Of a stretch of 64,000 nt of DNA, positions 12,201 to 22,943 are shown in pieces. The notes beneath the pieces were generated by a model that made no database searches, was not told the origin of the DNA, and worked only from the letters and a program-made list of their open reading frames with translations. The DNA is taken from NCBI GenBank assembly GCA_020634815.1, contig JACKBA010000020.1, positions 42,907 to 106,906 on the forward strand, read 5' to 3'. The translations under genes were made by a program, and so were the position numbers. The DNA is from Caldilineaceae bacterium. GTDB lineage: Bacteria > Chloroflexota > Anaerolineae > Caldilineales > Caldilineaceae. How positions within the stretch are numbered: the first letter of the stretch is position 1; the number at the start of each line of letters is the position of its first letter.

Positions 12201-12661
12201 GGTTCAATCACCTGATTCAGCAACAGTTGCGCAGAATCTTCATGCGAGACTTTGCCGCAACGCTGGGCGCTGTGGTCGCCGGTATCGAGATCAGCAAAGA
12301 ATGGGAACGGGTCGAAAGCCCATGGTTCAATCTCTTCAACGAAATTGCCATGGCGCCGTTCTCCACAGACGAAGCGATCCAATTGCTCACCGAACCCGTG
12401 CGTGGATATTACATGTTTGAACCCGATGCCCTGGATTTCATCGTCGAACACAGCGACGGCCGGCCGTATCGCCTGCAGCAGTACGCGCTCGAGGCCGTCA
12501 ATCAGATGCTTCATCACAAGCGACGCGTCATCACGCTGGCCGATGTGCTCGTCGCACATGAATTGATTCAGTTGTCAGGCCAGCAGCCAAAAGGTTCATG
12601 GGGCGAGGACGCGGCACGTGGCGAACTAGGCGTGCCGCAGACCCCGGCGCCGGCAACGTAG
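9263..12661 (+). CDS. Two-component-regulator-type beta-propeller sensor + TM + STAND-like P-loop ATPase
   Basis: Signal/TM, repeated GL...V..I..D..G.lWfGT..Gl propeller blades, Y_Y_Y-like PGHYTFEFKARD, TM, then NPYISGEPV..FFGR, GERRIGKT and LLMDEMD. Start uncertain. Confidence 0.8.
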   Translation: MALESGWVSSQVMQRSPLHLCCPLLASSYSWYRRSTLLLLLVAVIYSFAFPRPIHAQLMSDRHWVVFRQSHGLGSDDVFSILVQDNAIWFGTANGISRYDGRWQTFAVTQSGDAANGEPENLGRITAMASTEDGATIWAAGSNGILSRYEDGTWAVIQRLGTSVNALEYVNGELWLATDRGVLVQRGTTVEAVAKLGTETAHALAAQDGFVWVATDLGLWRVAPDTDSVTFVEVRDENGAPIQGPFLEVTVVPPDQLWLGTLDKVVVFSPGAARGQSFPPFSTNAGNPQISSIVHSPGRAVWAGSESGGAVEYGLSTDGITGARNLGSSAGSGLSTNSVRDVAIDANGSVWFATAVGVFRYQPWAWNVVDERYDFLPVHDLLVGSNGDLWIATGGEGVQRHRQNESQPAGYLPDESGLPGETVYDLAQSPSGQLWAATNQGAAYFEQDQWRRDKALLSLSGTAVRSIAADDRGAWLGTSTGLARYNFGEDTLQWEALTKDNGINAVEYDSIERLWVAGGDASLWLRTADGKWRDMAAIQRDIPFSAPVTAFTHLSEPPGTVLAAFRGYGVYRSDGLTWQALESGRRTTGDRIFCLMADPSDGSIWIGSETGLARIDSTGRTTYDTEDGIQTGSVRAIAVDREGSYWFGGERGLAYYEPETSMPWVRLDQMSGAKLEQDGSSWQAYAEQPLTFQFSFGDLQTNQDKIAVFVRSVENGQPEAWVQASDGEYQLTLAQPGHYTFEFKARDQAFNYSPVTAVDVTAIPVPAMISVPLLGEVEVRIFQLLVLFGSLAIFGFGYVSFEIVQHRRRIVAAVERGYNPYISGEPVRRVDMFFGRHDLLRRIVSTLHNNSIMIHGERRIGKTTLLYQLANALQEVEDEEFWFVSVYIDLEGTTEEEFFHLLMDEIAQTVRELPELAPEQIEILNGLLNLHLAENQYTDREFNRDLRQIIHILEEYGAVQHRGCQVRLILLMDEMDTLSRFNHLIQQQLRRIFMRDFAATLGAVVAGIEISKEWERVESPWFNLFNEIAMAPFSTDEAIQLLTEPVRGYYMFEPDALDFIVEHSDGRPYRLQQYALEAVNQMLHHKRRVITLADVLVAHELIQLSGQQPKGSWGEDAARGELGVPQTPAPAT

Positions 12662-12704
12662 TAACAAGCCGGCCATCAGGAAGTTGTAGTAAGTCGAGGG
12701 CCAG

Positions 12705-14021
12705 ATGCGTATCCCCTATATTGTCGGGCGATGGGTCAATGATCGCCATCACTACGGTCGTCATCGCCTATTCACCTACCTGCTTGACACGCCTGACGTA
12801 GCGCTGTGGATCGTGGGGGCGCGCCGCATTGGCAAGACATCGCTGCTTCGCCAACTGGAATTCCTGTCCCACACCGATGACTCGGGCTACGTCCCACTCT
12901 TCTGGGACATGCAGGGCTGTGAAACCAGCGGTGATCTCTCCATGGAACTCTATATGGCCCTGGAGGATGCAGCGAACCGGTTCACGCAATGCGGCATCGA
13001 AGTCAGCGACCTGGAGGGCCAGGATGCGCTCGTCATCCTGCGGCGGCTCACGCGAGCGGTGAATGGTGCGGGGAAGCGCCTACTGCTGCTGATCGACGAA
13101 GCCGAGGCGCTGCTGGCTATCGCCCGCGCCGAGCCCGCCTGGCTGGCCCGCCTGCGTCGCGCACTCCAGGATCCGAACCAAAAGTGCGTGCTGGCGTCGA
13201 CCAAGTTGCTGGCCCAGCTCAACGATTTGACCGCCGACTGGCCGACCAGCCCCTTCTTGTTCGGCTTCAACATGCTCAATTTATGGAGCCTGGACCCTGA
13301 CTCGGCGACTGCACTGATCGAGCAGCGACAGGCCGTCGAGCAGGTGACGGTGCCTGGCGAGATCGTCGAGGAGATCCTGATTCACACCAACCGTCACCCC
13401 TACCTGATGCAGTTCCTCTGCCACCGCCTCTATGCCGAACAAGAGGATGGCACCGGCTATCTGCGGGCGCCGACTGACGAAGACGTGAATCCCGACAATC
13501 TGTTGGCCGGTCTCTTTCTCGTGGACTTCCAGCATCTCACGAAACTGGAGCGCCGGCTTCTGCTGGCAATCGGGCGAAGCAGCATCGTCACCGAGGCCGA
13601 GATTCTAACATTGTTGTCCGATCAGAGCCCGGATCGGATTCTGACCTTTCTCTGGGGCATGGAAAAACTGGGACACCTGCGCCAGGTGTACGGCCAGTGG
13701 ACGATCGGCAACGAGTATCTCCGCCGTTGGTTGCAGCAAGAGCTAGACAATCTTGAACGGATGAACGATGCTCTGCTAACCGATGACACATTTGAGACAT
13801 TGCTAAAGGTCGGGCACGCCCAGGAAGTGCAGAGTTTCCGTGCCGAGATCGAGCGTCTTGAGTCGGCATACGACTCGCTCAAGGCAGATATTACGCACAA
13901 CCATAATGGTCAGCGCGACGCACTCCGTGCCGATCTCCACCGCATCGAACACCTGCTGAAGGCCGCACGGCGCGACCTGGAGCGATCCTACTTGCGCCGT
14001 CACCAGACACCACTGGTGTGA
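12705..14021 (+). CDS. STAND-like AAA ATPase with C-terminal coiled coil
   Basis: [28 protein letters not shown] and HPYLMQ motifs; helical C-terminal tail. Confidence 0.8.
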   Translation: MRIPYIVGRWVNDRHHYGRHRLFTYLLDTPDVALWIVGARRIGKTSLLRQLEFLSHTDDSGYVPLFWDMQGCETSGDLSMELYMALEDAANRFTQCGIEVSDLEGQDALVILRRLTRAVNGAGKRLLLLIDEAEALLAIARAEPAWLARLRRALQDPNQKCVLASTKLLAQLNDLTADWPTSPFLFGFNMLNLWSLDPDSATALIEQRQAVEQVTVPGEIVEEILIHTNRHPYLMQFLCHRLYAEQEDGTGYLRAPTDEDVNPDNLLAGLFLVDFQHLTKLERRLLLAIGRSSIVTEAEILTLLSDQSPDRILTFLWGMEKLGHLRQVYGQWTIGNEYLRRWLQQELDNLERMNDALLTDDTFETLLKVGHAQEVQSFRAEIERLESAYDSLKADITHNHNGQRDALRADLHRIEHLLKAARRDLERSYLRRHQTPLV

Positions 14022-14110
14022 TAGATGAAATGACCGTCTCGTTTTGTCATCCCGATGGGGTGGGGTAAAATCGAGGGATGGCTTGTCAAGCATAGTCCCA
14101 AAGCATGACC

Positions 14111-14138
14111 GGGCTGAGCATTTTCGCTCAGCCCTTTT
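14111..14138 (+). terminator. Rho-independent terminator
   Basis: GGGCTGAGC-attttc-GCTCAGCCC followed by TTTT. Confidence 0.7.
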
Positions 14139-14161
14139 GTTGAAAAGAACCGATTCGCTTC

Positions 14162-15271
14162 ATGGCACAAAAAGTACCGCTCGTTGACCTTCACGCCCAA
14201 TATCGGGCAATCCAACCCGCCATCGATTCCGCCATTCAGTCCGTCATCGAACGCACGGCGTTTATCATGGGGCCGGACGTACGATCGTTTGAAGATGAAT
14301 TTGCCCGCTTCTGTACGTCAACCCACGCGGTGGGCGTCGCCAGCGGGACGGCCGCGCTCGAACTGACGCTGCGCGCGTGCGGCATCGGCGCCGGTGACGA
14401 GGTCGTGACGTCCGCGCACACCTTCATTGCCACGGCCGAAGCGATCAGCGCTGTCGGCGCACGCCCTGTCTTTGCCGACATTGATGCCCGCACCTACAAC
14501 CTGGACGCGCACGCGGTCGAAGCCGTCCTGACTCCTGCCACGCGTGCCATCCTGCCCGTCCACATCTATGGCCAACCGGCCGACATGGACGCCCTGGCGG
14601 TGCTGGCAACGCGCCACAATCTCGTACTCATCGAAGATGCCGCCCAGGCGCACGGCGCGACCTGGAATGGACGGACCGTCGGCGTGCTGGGCGATGCCGC
14701 GTGCTTCAGCTTCTACCCCGGCAAGAATCTCGGCGCCTATGGCGACGCCGGCGCGGTCACCACCAACGATGCGCAGATCGCCGAACGGGTGAGCCTGTTG
14801 CGCAACCATGGCCGCCACTCCAAATACCTGCATGACATCAAAGGCTACGGAGAGCGCATGGATACGCTACAGGCTGCCATCCTGCGTGCCAAGCTGGAGC
14901 ACCTCGCCGACTGGACGGATGCGCGCCGGCGCCTCGCGGCACGCTACAGCGAGTTGCTTGCCGGCTGCGAAGTCGTACTGCCGTATGTGGACCCCGCCGC
15001 CGACCCGGCCTGGCATCTCTACGTGATCCGCACCCCCGCGCGCGATGCGTTGCTCGCCCACTTGAACGCCAACGGGATCGGTGCCGGCGTGCACTATCCC
15101 GTGCCGCTTCACCTGCAACCCGCCTACGCCGACCTCGGCTACCAGCGCGGCGACCTGCCGGTGACCGAGACGGTAGCGGACACGTGCCTGAGCCTGCCGC
15201 TCTACCCGGAAATGACCGATGAGCAGCAGGAGTACGTTGTCGACGCGATCAGATCGTTCCTGGATCAGTGA
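14162..15271 (+). CDS. DegT/DnrJ/EryC1/StrS family sugar aminotransferase
   Basis: [32 protein letters not shown] and LSLPLYP motifs. Confidence 0.95.
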   Translation: MAQKVPLVDLHAQYRAIQPAIDSAIQSVIERTAFIMGPDVRSFEDEFARFCTSTHAVGVASGTAALELTLRACGIGAGDEVVTSAHTFIATAEAISAVGARPVFADIDARTYNLDAHAVEAVLTPATRAILPVHIYGQPADMDALAVLATRHNLVLIEDAAQAHGATWNGRTVGVLGDAACFSFYPGKNLGAYGDAGAVTTNDAQIAERVSLLRNHGRHSKYLHDIKGYGERMDTLQAAILRAKLEHLADWTDARRRLAARYSELLAGCEVVLPYVDPAADPAWHLYVIRTPARDALLAHLNANGIGAGVHYPVPLHLQPAYADLGYQRGDLPVTETVADTCLSLPLYPEMTDEQQEYVVDAIRSFLDQ

Positions 15272-15272
15272 G

Positions 15273-16319
15273 ATGGATGTCACGGCACAAGTGAGCGAAG
15301 CGCGCCGCGCGCAGGAAACCGGACCGACGCCCGGATCACCACTAATCGAGGGGATGACACATCCTGCACCCCACGCCCGCCCGGCGACAATCTCGGTGGT
15401 GGTGCCGGCGCGCAACGAGGAAGCGACCATTGCCCAGGTCGTCGAGCGCTCCTTCCAGGCCTTTAGCGATTTGGGACGCGCCGGCGAGGTGCTCGTCGTC
15501 AACGACGGCAGCAGCGATCGCACGGCCGCGATACTGGCCGAGCTTCAGCAGCGGCACGACCGGCTGCGCGTCTTCACGCAGCGCCGCAGCCGCGGCATGA
15601 CCGCCGCCCTGCAGCAGATGTTCTCCGCCAGCCGCGGCGACATCGTCATCCTGATCCCGGCCGACATGGAATCCGATCCGCTGCTCGACGTGCCGACGCT
15701 CGTCAACACCATGGAAGCACAGGACCTTGACGTGGTGGCCGGCTGGCGCCAGGAGCGGCGTGACAACAAGGTGATGGCCAGCCGCATCTACAACTTCGTC
15801 ATGACCAAGATCGGCGGCGTCGACGTACATGACGGCAACTGGATCAAGGCCATGCGCCGCGATGTCATCGACAGCTTCCCGCCGCTGCGCAGCGACTGGC
15901 ACCGCTTCCTGCTCATGATCGCCGCACACAACGGCTTCCGCATCGGCGAGGTGCCTACCTTCTACCAGCCGCGACCGGCGGGCAGCAGCAAGTTTGGCTG
16001 GGAGCGCATCCCCAAGAGCTTCCTTGATGTATTGGTGCTCAAGTTCTTGCTTGCTTTCAGCGATGCGCCTATGCGCTTCTTCGGCGGGCTGGGGCTGGCG
16101 GGGCTCATCGTCAGCGGCGTGATCTTTGCCTACTTGATCCTGCTCTACCTCGTCGCGCAGACGCAGCAGCGTCCCATCTTCATCGCTGCCGGCATCCTGG
16201 CTGTGATCAGCGTCCTGCTGATCCTGGTCGGTTTTCTCGCCGAGCTGATTGTGACGCAGGGGCAGCGCATCGTCGAGGTGGAACGACGGCTCGACGAACG
16301 CGATCGCGAGCCGTTATAG
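15273..16319 (+). CDS. Glycosyltransferase family 2 (DPM1/ArnC-like)
   Basis: [19 protein letters not shown] and two C-terminal TM helices. Start uncertain. Confidence 0.9.
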   Translation: MDVTAQVSEARRAQETGPTPGSPLIEGMTHPAPHARPATISVVVPARNEEATIAQVVERSFQAFSDLGRAGEVLVVNDGSSDRTAAILAELQQRHDRLRVFTQRRSRGMTAALQQMFSASRGDIVILIPADMESDPLLDVPTLVNTMEAQDLDVVAGWRQERRDNKVMASRIYNFVMTKIGGVDVHDGNWIKAMRRDVIDSFPPLRSDWHRFLLMIAAHNGFRIGEVPTFYQPRPAGSSKFGWERIPKSFLDVLVLKFLLAFSDAPMRFFGGLGLAGLIVSGVIFAYLILLYLVAQTQQRPIFIAAGILAVISVLLILVGFLAELIVTQGQRIVEVERRLDERDREPL

Positions 16320-16323
16320 CCTG

Positions 16324-16878
16324 CTACGTAGCGGTGCGATCCCCGCGCTGCCAGAGCCACCACAGCAGCCCCGTGAGCGTGTAACCGTCGCGCACCTGCC
16401 CGCGGCGCAGCATCTCCTCGATCTCCTGCCGAGACACCCACCGCACGGCGCGCACTTCGTTCGTATCGAAGGCGCCCGGTTCGCCCACGGCCCGACACCA
16501 GACCAGGTGATGCACCTTGTCGCCGATGCCGTTGATGGGCTCGAAGGCCGCCGCGTGTTCGTGGCAGGTGGTGGCGTAGCCGCTCTCCTCGCGCACCTCC
16601 CTGGCCGCCGCCTCGATGGCTGTTTCGCCCGGGTCGATACTGCCGGCAGGCACTTCCCACTGCACGCTGTCGACTACGTAGCGATACGCCTCCACCAGCA
16701 GCACGCGTCCCTCCGCATCCTCCACGACGGCCGCAACCGCCTCCTTGTCGAAGTGCAGCACGTGATGCGCCTCGATGATACGCCCGCCCGGAAAGCGCAC
16801 GCGGTCCACGTGCAGCGTCACCCACGGATTCTCGTAAATCGTCGTACGCGCCAGGCGCTGCGGTTTCTGGTTGTCCAT
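16324..16878 (-). CDS. NUDIX hydrolase (ADP-ribose pyrophosphatase-like)
   Basis: Nudix box PAGSIDPGETAIEAAAREVREESG. Confidence 0.9.
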   Translation of the reverse strand: MDNQKPQRLARTTIYENPWVTLHVDRVRFPGGRIIEAHHVLHFDKEAVAAVVEDAEGRVLLVEAYRYVVDSVQWEVPAGSIDPGETAIEAAAREVREESGYATTCHEHAAAFEPINGIGDKVHHLVWCRAVGEPGAFDTNEVRAVRWVSRQEIEEMLRRGQVRDGYTLTGLLWWLWQRGDRTAT

Positions 16879-16898
16879 GCGCTCCCTCGCTGCTGCCC

Positions 16899-18947
16899 CT
16901 ATTCCACCACCACGGTGCCGCACGTAACCGGCGACCCGACATCGGCGCCGGCGCTGTCGCGCAGCCCAACGCGCACCGGATACGTTCCCGCCGGGGTCAC
17001 CGGGTTGAGGTTGATGTCCACTTCATCGCGTACGATCGTTCCTTGGGGCCACGTGGACGGCGGGTCGCGGCGCAGCACCTCGCCGTCGCGATAGAGCCGG
17101 TCGCCCCACACACCCTCCGGACCGACCATCTGCACGCTGGGAAAATAGTCCTGGTCAATGGCGCCGATCGCCTGCCACCACAGCCGCACGTGCACCCAGC
17201 CGCTAGGCGGATGCATACGCTCGTCCGTCGCACTGAGGCGCGGCGTCATGATCTCACACGCCAGCAGCCGCATACCGGGCGCCAGATCGACGTCGAGCAG
17301 GGCGGCGCCGGCGCCAAGCTCCGGCAGCGCGTCGTAGCGGTGGCGCAGCGCAAAGCCGGTCAACTGGATGCCCGTCGGGTACTGCTCGGTAATCACCGGA
17401 TAGTGCTGGCCGAGCCAGCCGTGCACGACGCGGCTGTCGTCGACGCCGTCGAGGTGACTCTGCACCAGCCAGAGTGTCTCAGCGCCGCTCTCCTGAATGC
17501 CAAGAATGGGCGGCGCCACGACACTCTCAGCGTCCTCTGGCTGCAACGTCCCGCCAAAGGGGAAGTAGAGCGGCGTCTCTTCCTCCGTGCGCGCCGGGCG
17601 CAGGTACCACTTGAGCGCGTCGCTGGTGAAGTCCACGTGGCTCAGCACCGCGCCGGGCAGGCCGGGGCTCTGCCCTTCGTACGCGGCAATGTAGCCCGCC
17701 GCGGCGCGCCAATCCTCGCGCAGCATGGCCGGCGACCAGAGCGCAGGCAGCGCGCCGGCCAGCAGCACACACGCCGCACCCCCCGTCAGCCACGCCGCCG
17801 GACGCCACCGCCGCGCCGGCACAATCGCCCCGCGCGCCGCCGCCCATAGCACGAAGGGTGCCAGGAAAAGGAAGTAACGATCCTCGTTGAAGACCGTGTC
17901 GCTCACGGCCAGCAACAGGTTGCCGATGAGCAGCGGCGTGCCGATCCAGAGCCAGAGCCACAGCCGGTCATGGCGCTGCGTCCCCGGCGCGGTGGCCCAC
18001 ACCGACCATACCAGCCCCGCCGCCACGAGCAGGCCAAAGAAGACGAGCGCCGCCGTCACCCACCACTCCGGCCAGCCGGCGCGCCACACGGTGAAGATAT
18101 GCACCTGGCGCGCCAGCGTGGCGGCGAAATTCATGAAGGCCTGGCCGGGTTGACCCTCGCTGTCGTTGACCAGCCATGCGTTGATCGCCAGCGGCAGGAA
18201 GAGCGCGCCCGTGATTGCCAGCGCCGCACTCCCCTCCAGGAACCGGCGCAGCGGCGGCGCGGCCGGATCGCTCTCCGCCGGCCGGGTGGCAAGCCACCAC
18301 AGACCGAGCAACGTCAACCCCGCCGCCGGCAGCAGGAACGCGCTGAAGAGATAGCTATAGAGCGCAAAGGTAAAGGCCGCGATCAACCCGATCCACCAGC
18401 CCAGGCGCCGCGCAATGGTCGCGCCCTGCCAGCCGCGCGCCAGGCAGTAGGCCGCCCAAACCACGCCCGTCGTCGCCGGCTGGAACATGCGCAGTTCCTG
18501 GCTGTACCAGACGAGCACGGGGCTCAACGCAACGAGCGCGCCGGCCAACAGCCCCGTTGCGCGCCCGCTCAGACGCCGCGCCAGCAGCAGCACGCCCAGC
18601 ACGGTCAGCACGCCCAGGATCGCGCCCAGCGAGCGCAACGCCACGTCGGAGTGCTCCAGGCCGAAGAGTGCCAGCCCCTTCTGCCAGTAGTGCAGCAGCA
18701 GGTAGTACGCGGGCGGGTGCTTGTCGTTGAGCAGCGGAAAGGTATTGGCCCAGATAAAGGCGGGGTTGTCCTCCGCCCAGTCCAGGCTCACCGCCTCGTC
18801 GAACCAGAAGGAGTGATAGTCCAGACGCCAGAAACGCACGAGCGCCGCCAGCGCGACGATCGCAATCTCGGGCCACCAGGCGCGCCACCAAGAAGCGGCG
18901 CGGGTCGTCCCGTCGTGTGAAGCCTGCAACTCCGCCGCGCCCATCAT
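16899..18947 (-). CDS. Glycosyltransferase family 39/ArnT-like membrane protein
   Basis: [16 protein letters not shown] and YSQELRMF motifs, many TM helices, extracellular C-terminal beta domain. Confidence 0.85.
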   Translation of the reverse strand: MMGAAELQASHDGTTRAASWWRAWWPEIAIVALAALVRFWRLDYHSFWFDEAVSLDWAEDNPAFIWANTFPLLNDKHPPAYYLLLHYWQKGLALFGLEHSDVALRSLGAILGVLTVLGVLLLARRLSGRATGLLAGALVALSPVLVWYSQELRMFQPATTGVVWAAYCLARGWQGATIARRLGWWIGLIAAFTFALYSYLFSAFLLPAAGLTLLGLWWLATRPAESDPAAPPLRRFLEGSAALAITGALFLPLAINAWLVNDSEGQPGQAFMNFAATLARQVHIFTVWRAGWPEWWVTAALVFFGLLVAAGLVWSVWATAPGTQRHDRLWLWLWIGTPLLIGNLLLAVSDTVFNEDRYFLFLAPFVLWAAARGAIVPARRWRPAAWLTGGAACVLLAGALPALWSPAMLREDWRAAAGYIAAYEGQSPGLPGAVLSHVDFTSDALKWYLRPARTEEETPLYFPFGGTLQPEDAESVVAPPILGIQESGAETLWLVQSHLDGVDDSRVVHGWLGQHYPVITEQYPTGIQLTGFALRHRYDALPELGAGAALLDVDLAPGMRLLACEIMTPRLSATDERMHPPSGWVHVRLWWQAIGAIDQDYFPSVQMVGPEGVWGDRLYRDGEVLRRDPPSTWPQGTIVRDEVDINLNPVTPAGTYPVRVGLRDSAGADVGSPVTCGTVVVE

Positions 18948-21346
18948 AGGTCGAGATCACCCACCGGCACCGTCTGGAGAAAACGCCGATACGCACGCAC
19001 CTCGAGCAGTTCGGCCTTGACCTCCTCCTGCAACTCCTTGGCGAGGTCGGCGGTGCGCTGGTAATAACCCGCTTCGATGTGCAGCGTGTCGTCCTCGCCC
19101 CATGCGAGGACGCGAATATCGTTGCGCGCCTCGAGCCACATGAGGCACTTGCGCACCAGGCTCTCCGGCGCGCCGATCCGTGCGGCCATCCGCGCCACGT
19201 CGAGTTGCCCATCGCGGCCCAGCGCGTACTTGCACATGGCGGCGACGGTGCGCAGCAGTTCCGGAAGGTTGTCGTCGGTCGTGGTGTGCGCGCACAGATA
19301 GACCTGCGCCGGCTCGACCGTCGCCACCATCCAGCGCAGGAGTTCAGGCGAGGGCGGCGTGCTCCACAGGACGAGCGGCGCGCCGGACGGCGCAGTGGCG
19401 AGATCGTGGCGCGGGGCATAGACAATGCCGGTGCGCTCGGCGTCGAGCCGCGCGCCTTCAGCGTACCAGACCGCGTTGGCTGGTATGATCTCCTGCGGTT
19501 GCGGATGGCGGCGCAGATCGACGACCTTGACGCGCGGCTTCTTGCTGACCGTCGCCGCCGCGTCGGCCTCGGCGGCACGATGCGCGACGTGCATCAACTG
19601 TAGCGTGCGTTCACCACGATACTCGTTGATCGACAGGGTGTAAACCAGGTCGATGGCACCTGCCACCAGTTCGGCATCGCCGCCGCCAAACCAGACGACG
19701 TCGTGCTCCGCGCCGCTGCTGCCGGCCTTGCGCACGCTGAGCTTGCGATGCGCGCCATCCTGCCCCATGCGCCGATCCTTGACGATCTCCAGATTGCGGC
19801 TGATGAAGCGCGGCACCGGGTTGCCCTGGCCGAATGGCGCCAGCACTGCGAGCGCCTCGGCCAGATCCAACGACAGTGTGTGCGGCTCCAGCTCGGCGTC
19901 GATCTGCAGGCCCGTCTCCACCGCATCGTCGCGATGGTAGAGGATAGCGCGGCTCAACTCACGGCGGAACGCGGCAATGTTCTCCGGCAGCAGGCTCAGC
20001 CCGGCCGCGCCAGGATGGCCGCCGTGGCTGAGCAGCAGGTGGCTGCACGCCGCAATCGCCGCGCCGATGTCGACGCCCGGCACGCTGCGCGCGCTACCGC
20101 GCGCCGGTTCGCCGGGCGGGTTCAGCAACAGCACGGCCGGCTTGCCAAACTCTTCCACCATACGCGAGGCGACGATGCCCACCACGCCGGGATGCCATTG
20201 AGGGTGGGAGAGCACCAACGCATTGAATTGCAGCAGCGTCGGGTCGCGATCCACGATCTCCAACGCCGACTGCGTGATCTGGCTCGTCAGCATGCGCCGC
20301 TCGCGATTGAGCCGCTCCAGTTTGCCGGCGAGGGTACTGGCGCGCAGTACGTCGCGCGTCGTCAGCAGTTCGATGGCGACCGTGGCATCGTCGAGACGAC
20401 CGAGCGCGTTCATGCGCGGGCCAAGCTGGAAGCCGATCGATTCCGCCGTCAGCGCCTCGGGCGTGATGCGCGCGACTTCCATGAGCGTCAACAGGCCGAC
20501 CCGATGCGTTGTGCGCAGGCGCTCCAGCCCGCGCTGCAAAAGGTAGCGAGCGTCGTTCACCTGCTCGGCCACATCCGCCACGATGCCCAGCGCCACCAGA
20601 TCCAGCAGCGTGTCGGCCTCCTCGGCACGCCCCTCCAGCTCGTACAGCTGCTGCATGAGCTTGTAGGCGACGCCGACGCCGGGCAGCGTGCGCAGCGGGT
20701 CGCCCTCGGGCAGAAACTTGGGGTTGACGATGGCGTCGGCGCGGCGCACGCTCTGCGCGCCGGCCGTGCCTGCGTCGACACCCCACAGCGCATCCTTGCC
20801 CGGCGTCAGCGCCAGAAATTCGGCCGTGAGGTCGTGGTGGTCCGTGACGATGATGGTGAGCCCGCGATCCTTGGCAAAGCCCACCGCCTCCGCCTCGGCG
20901 ATGCCGGTGTCGCAAGTCAGCAGCACGCCGATCGGCGCGGTAGATGCCTCCAGGATCTCGCGCAGTCTGGCCAGGCGGATGCCGTGCCCTTCGGTGAGGC
21001 GGTTGGGCACGTGAAAGCGCACCTTCTGCTTGCCGGCCAGCGCGCGCAGCGCCGTCACCAGGAGCGCGGTGCTCGTCTGCCCGTCGACGTCGAAATCGCC
21101 CCACACCAGGATCGCCGCGTCGTCGGCGATGGCCTGATGCAGCAGTTCGGCGGCGGCGTCCACGCCAGTCAGCGCCGACGGCGGCGCGGGCGTGTACTGG
21201 TTGGGGTCGAGAAAGGGGATCGCCTTCTCCGGCGTGTCGAGCCCGCGCTGGGCCAGCAACTGAGCGACGAGTTGATGTCCACCCGCGACGGCGACCAGTT
21301 CAGGCGATGGGGTGACGGCAGGCTTGACGATCCAGGCTTGTTGCAT
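18944..21346 (-). CDS. recJ: Single-stranded-DNA-specific exonuclease RecJ
   Basis: [40 protein letters not shown] and PFGQGNP motifs; ATG at 21346. Confidence 0.95.
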   Translation of the reverse strand: MQQAWIVKPAVTPSPELVAVAGGHQLVAQLLAQRGLDTPEKAIPFLDPNQYTPAPPSALTGVDAAAELLHQAIADDAAILVWGDFDVDGQTSTALLVTALRALAGKQKVRFHVPNRLTEGHGIRLARLREILEASTAPIGVLLTCDTGIAEAEAVGFAKDRGLTIIVTDHHDLTAEFLALTPGKDALWGVDAGTAGAQSVRRADAIVNPKFLPEGDPLRTLPGVGVAYKLMQQLYELEGRAEEADTLLDLVALGIVADVAEQVNDARYLLQRGLERLRTTHRVGLLTLMEVARITPEALTAESIGFQLGPRMNALGRLDDATVAIELLTTRDVLRASTLAGKLERLNRERRMLTSQITQSALEIVDRDPTLLQFNALVLSHPQWHPGVVGIVASRMVEEFGKPAVLLLNPPGEPARGSARSVPGVDIGAAIAACSHLLLSHGGHPGAAGLSLLPENIAAFRRELSRAILYHRDDAVETGLQIDAELEPHTLSLDLAEALAVLAPFGQGNPVPRFISRNLEIVKDRRMGQDGAHRKLSVRKAGSSGAEHDVVWFGGGDAELVAGAIDLVYTLSINEYRGERTLQLMHVAHRAAEADAAATVSKKPRVKVVDLRRHPQPQEIIPANAVWYAEGARLDAERTGIVYAPRHDLATAPSGAPLVLWSTPPSPELLRWMVATVEPAQVYLCAHTTTDDNLPELLRTVAAMCKYALGRDGQLDVARMAARIGAPESLVRKCLMWLEARNDIRVLAWGEDDTLHIEAGYYQRTADLAKELQEEVKAELLEVRAYRRFLQTVPVGDLDL

Positions 21347-21347
21347 C

Positions 21348-22232
21348 TCAGAACGCCAACTCTTCCACGTCGTCCAGGGTGAACTCCAGCGCCTTTTCGA
21401 GATCGACGGCGAAAAAGTCCTCGGCGTCGCCCAGGTCGTCGAGGTCGTCGGCGGCCGCGCCGCGGTTGCAGCGGCTGCGGTAGATGCAGAACGCACAGAA
21501 GCGGCTGCGATTGGCCGGCGTGTCCGTCACTTTGGGGAAGTCCGCCTCGCTGCCGCCGCCCAGGATGTCGGCCAGCAGGCGTTGCAGGCGCGCATGGTTG
21601 GCGGCATGCTGCGCGGCATCGTAGCGCAGGGTGACGGGCTGGCCGGGCGCGGCGGTGAACCAGTAGCGCATCTCCACCTGCTCGGGGCGCACGGGACCCC
21701 ACGGCAGCCCGGCGCTGGCCTCGACGAGCACGTACGGGTAGACGATGCTCTGCAAGCGATGGCGTAACGTGCTCACGTCGGCGCGGCGTTTGGACGTCTT
21801 CCAGTCGACGATGACGGCGCGGCCCCCCGGCTCGACCGCGATCAGATCGTACTTGGCGGCCAGGCGAAAGGTCGTCTGGGGCGTTGCCGCGTCATCGAGA
21901 CGAAAGGGGATCGAGAGCACACGCTCGATCTCGCGGGCGGCATCGGGCAGATCGTCGGGGTGGTGCGCCAGATAGGCATCGAACCAGCCGGACAGCGGTG
22001 GCTCCAGCCCGGCCGCGACCTCGGCGGGCGCGATGCCGATCTCGGCACGCTGCACCAGGCGGTGGAAGCGCTCGCCCTGGCGCATGACAGCCTCGTGCTC
22101 CTGCACCGGCGACGCCTCGACCGCCGGCCAGGGCAGTTGCTCGACATAGGCCAGCCAGAAGCGGCGCGGGCAATCCTCGTATGCCTGGAGGCTCGATTGT
22201 GAAAATGAAAAGGTTGGTGGCAGCAGGGTCAC
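21348..22232 (-). CDS. PD-(D/E)XK nuclease, AddB/Cas4-like with Fe-S staple cysteines
   Basis: FSQSSLQAYEDCPRRF, KYDLI, IVDWKT and C-terminal CAFCIYRSRC. Confidence 0.85.
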   Translation of the reverse strand: MTLLPPTFSFSQSSLQAYEDCPRRFWLAYVEQLPWPAVEASPVQEHEAVMRQGERFHRLVQRAEIGIAPAEVAAGLEPPLSGWFDAYLAHHPDDLPDAAREIERVLSIPFRLDDAATPQTTFRLAAKYDLIAVEPGGRAVIVDWKTSKRRADVSTLRHRLQSIVYPYVLVEASAGLPWGPVRPEQVEMRYWFTAAPGQPVTLRYDAAQHAANHARLQRLLADILGGGSEADFPKVTDTPANRSRFCAFCIYRSRCNRGAAADDLDDLGDAEDFFAVDLEKALEFTLDDVEELAF

Positions 22233-22364
22233 AGTTGCCTTCCATTCACAGCTTTATCGCCGCGCAGCACGCGGGCGGCCAGATTGCGCCCTATTGTACT
22301 GCGCGTCGCAAGCGCCGCCCAACTGGCGCCTTCTTGCGGGTGCGTCCCATATTGGCGAGCTCAG

Positions 22365-22439
22365 CCCCGGCGTGCGTCGCACTGGTCAGAATGTGGTTCC
22401 CAACGACGGATCGGCTGACCAGTGCGACGCACGCCGCCA
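22365..22439. repeat. 75-bp palindromic dispersed repeat, copy 1
   Basis: 21-bp perfect inverted repeat GGCGTGCGTCGCACTGGTCAG...CTGACCAGTGCGACGCACGCC; a related copy lies inverted at 51906-51980. Confidence 0.8.
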
Positions 22440-22597
22440 GCATCGGAACGCCCCCTTCTTGCAGCGGCAGCAATCCGCGGCATCTCTCAATCGTCCGGGG
22501 ACAGTGAGATGGTGGTCAGCTCGATAACCAACTTTTCAGGCAGTCGCTACAGATCCGAACTTTGACAACGGTCATGTGACAAACTACAGTTCCATCC

Positions 22598-22896
22598 ATG
22601 ATCCCTATGCAACGCCGCCCAACCCATCCCGGGGAGATGCTGCGCGAAGATTTCCTGCCCGCTATGGTTTGAATGCAACATCTCTCGCTGAGGCGATTGG
22701 GGTATCACGCCAGTCAGTCAACGAGCTGTTGCGCGAGCGTCGCAGCGTCAGCCCGACAATGGCGCTGCGACTGGCAAAGCTCTTCGGTAACTCGCCCGAG
22801 TTCTGGTTGAACGCACAGAGAGCGGTGGACCTGTGGGATGCGGCGCAAGAGATCGAACAGGATGTCAGCCGCATCCGGACGCTCACACCGGCATAG
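22598..22896 (+). pseudogene. higA: HigA/VapI family antitoxin, frameshifted
   Basis: MIPMQRRPTHPGEMLREDFLP in one frame continues as YGLNATSLAEAIGVSRQSVNELL...PEFWLNAQ in another frame; shift near 22661. Confidence 0.85.
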
Positions 22897-22943
22897 CAAC
22901 CCACCGGTCGCTGGATTTCCCCAAGGAGGACAACTGCTCCGGG

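Noticed and set aside
21348-22232. cas4 of a CRISPR-Cas locus
   Set aside because: No cas1/cas2 or array; context is recJ and housekeeping genes.
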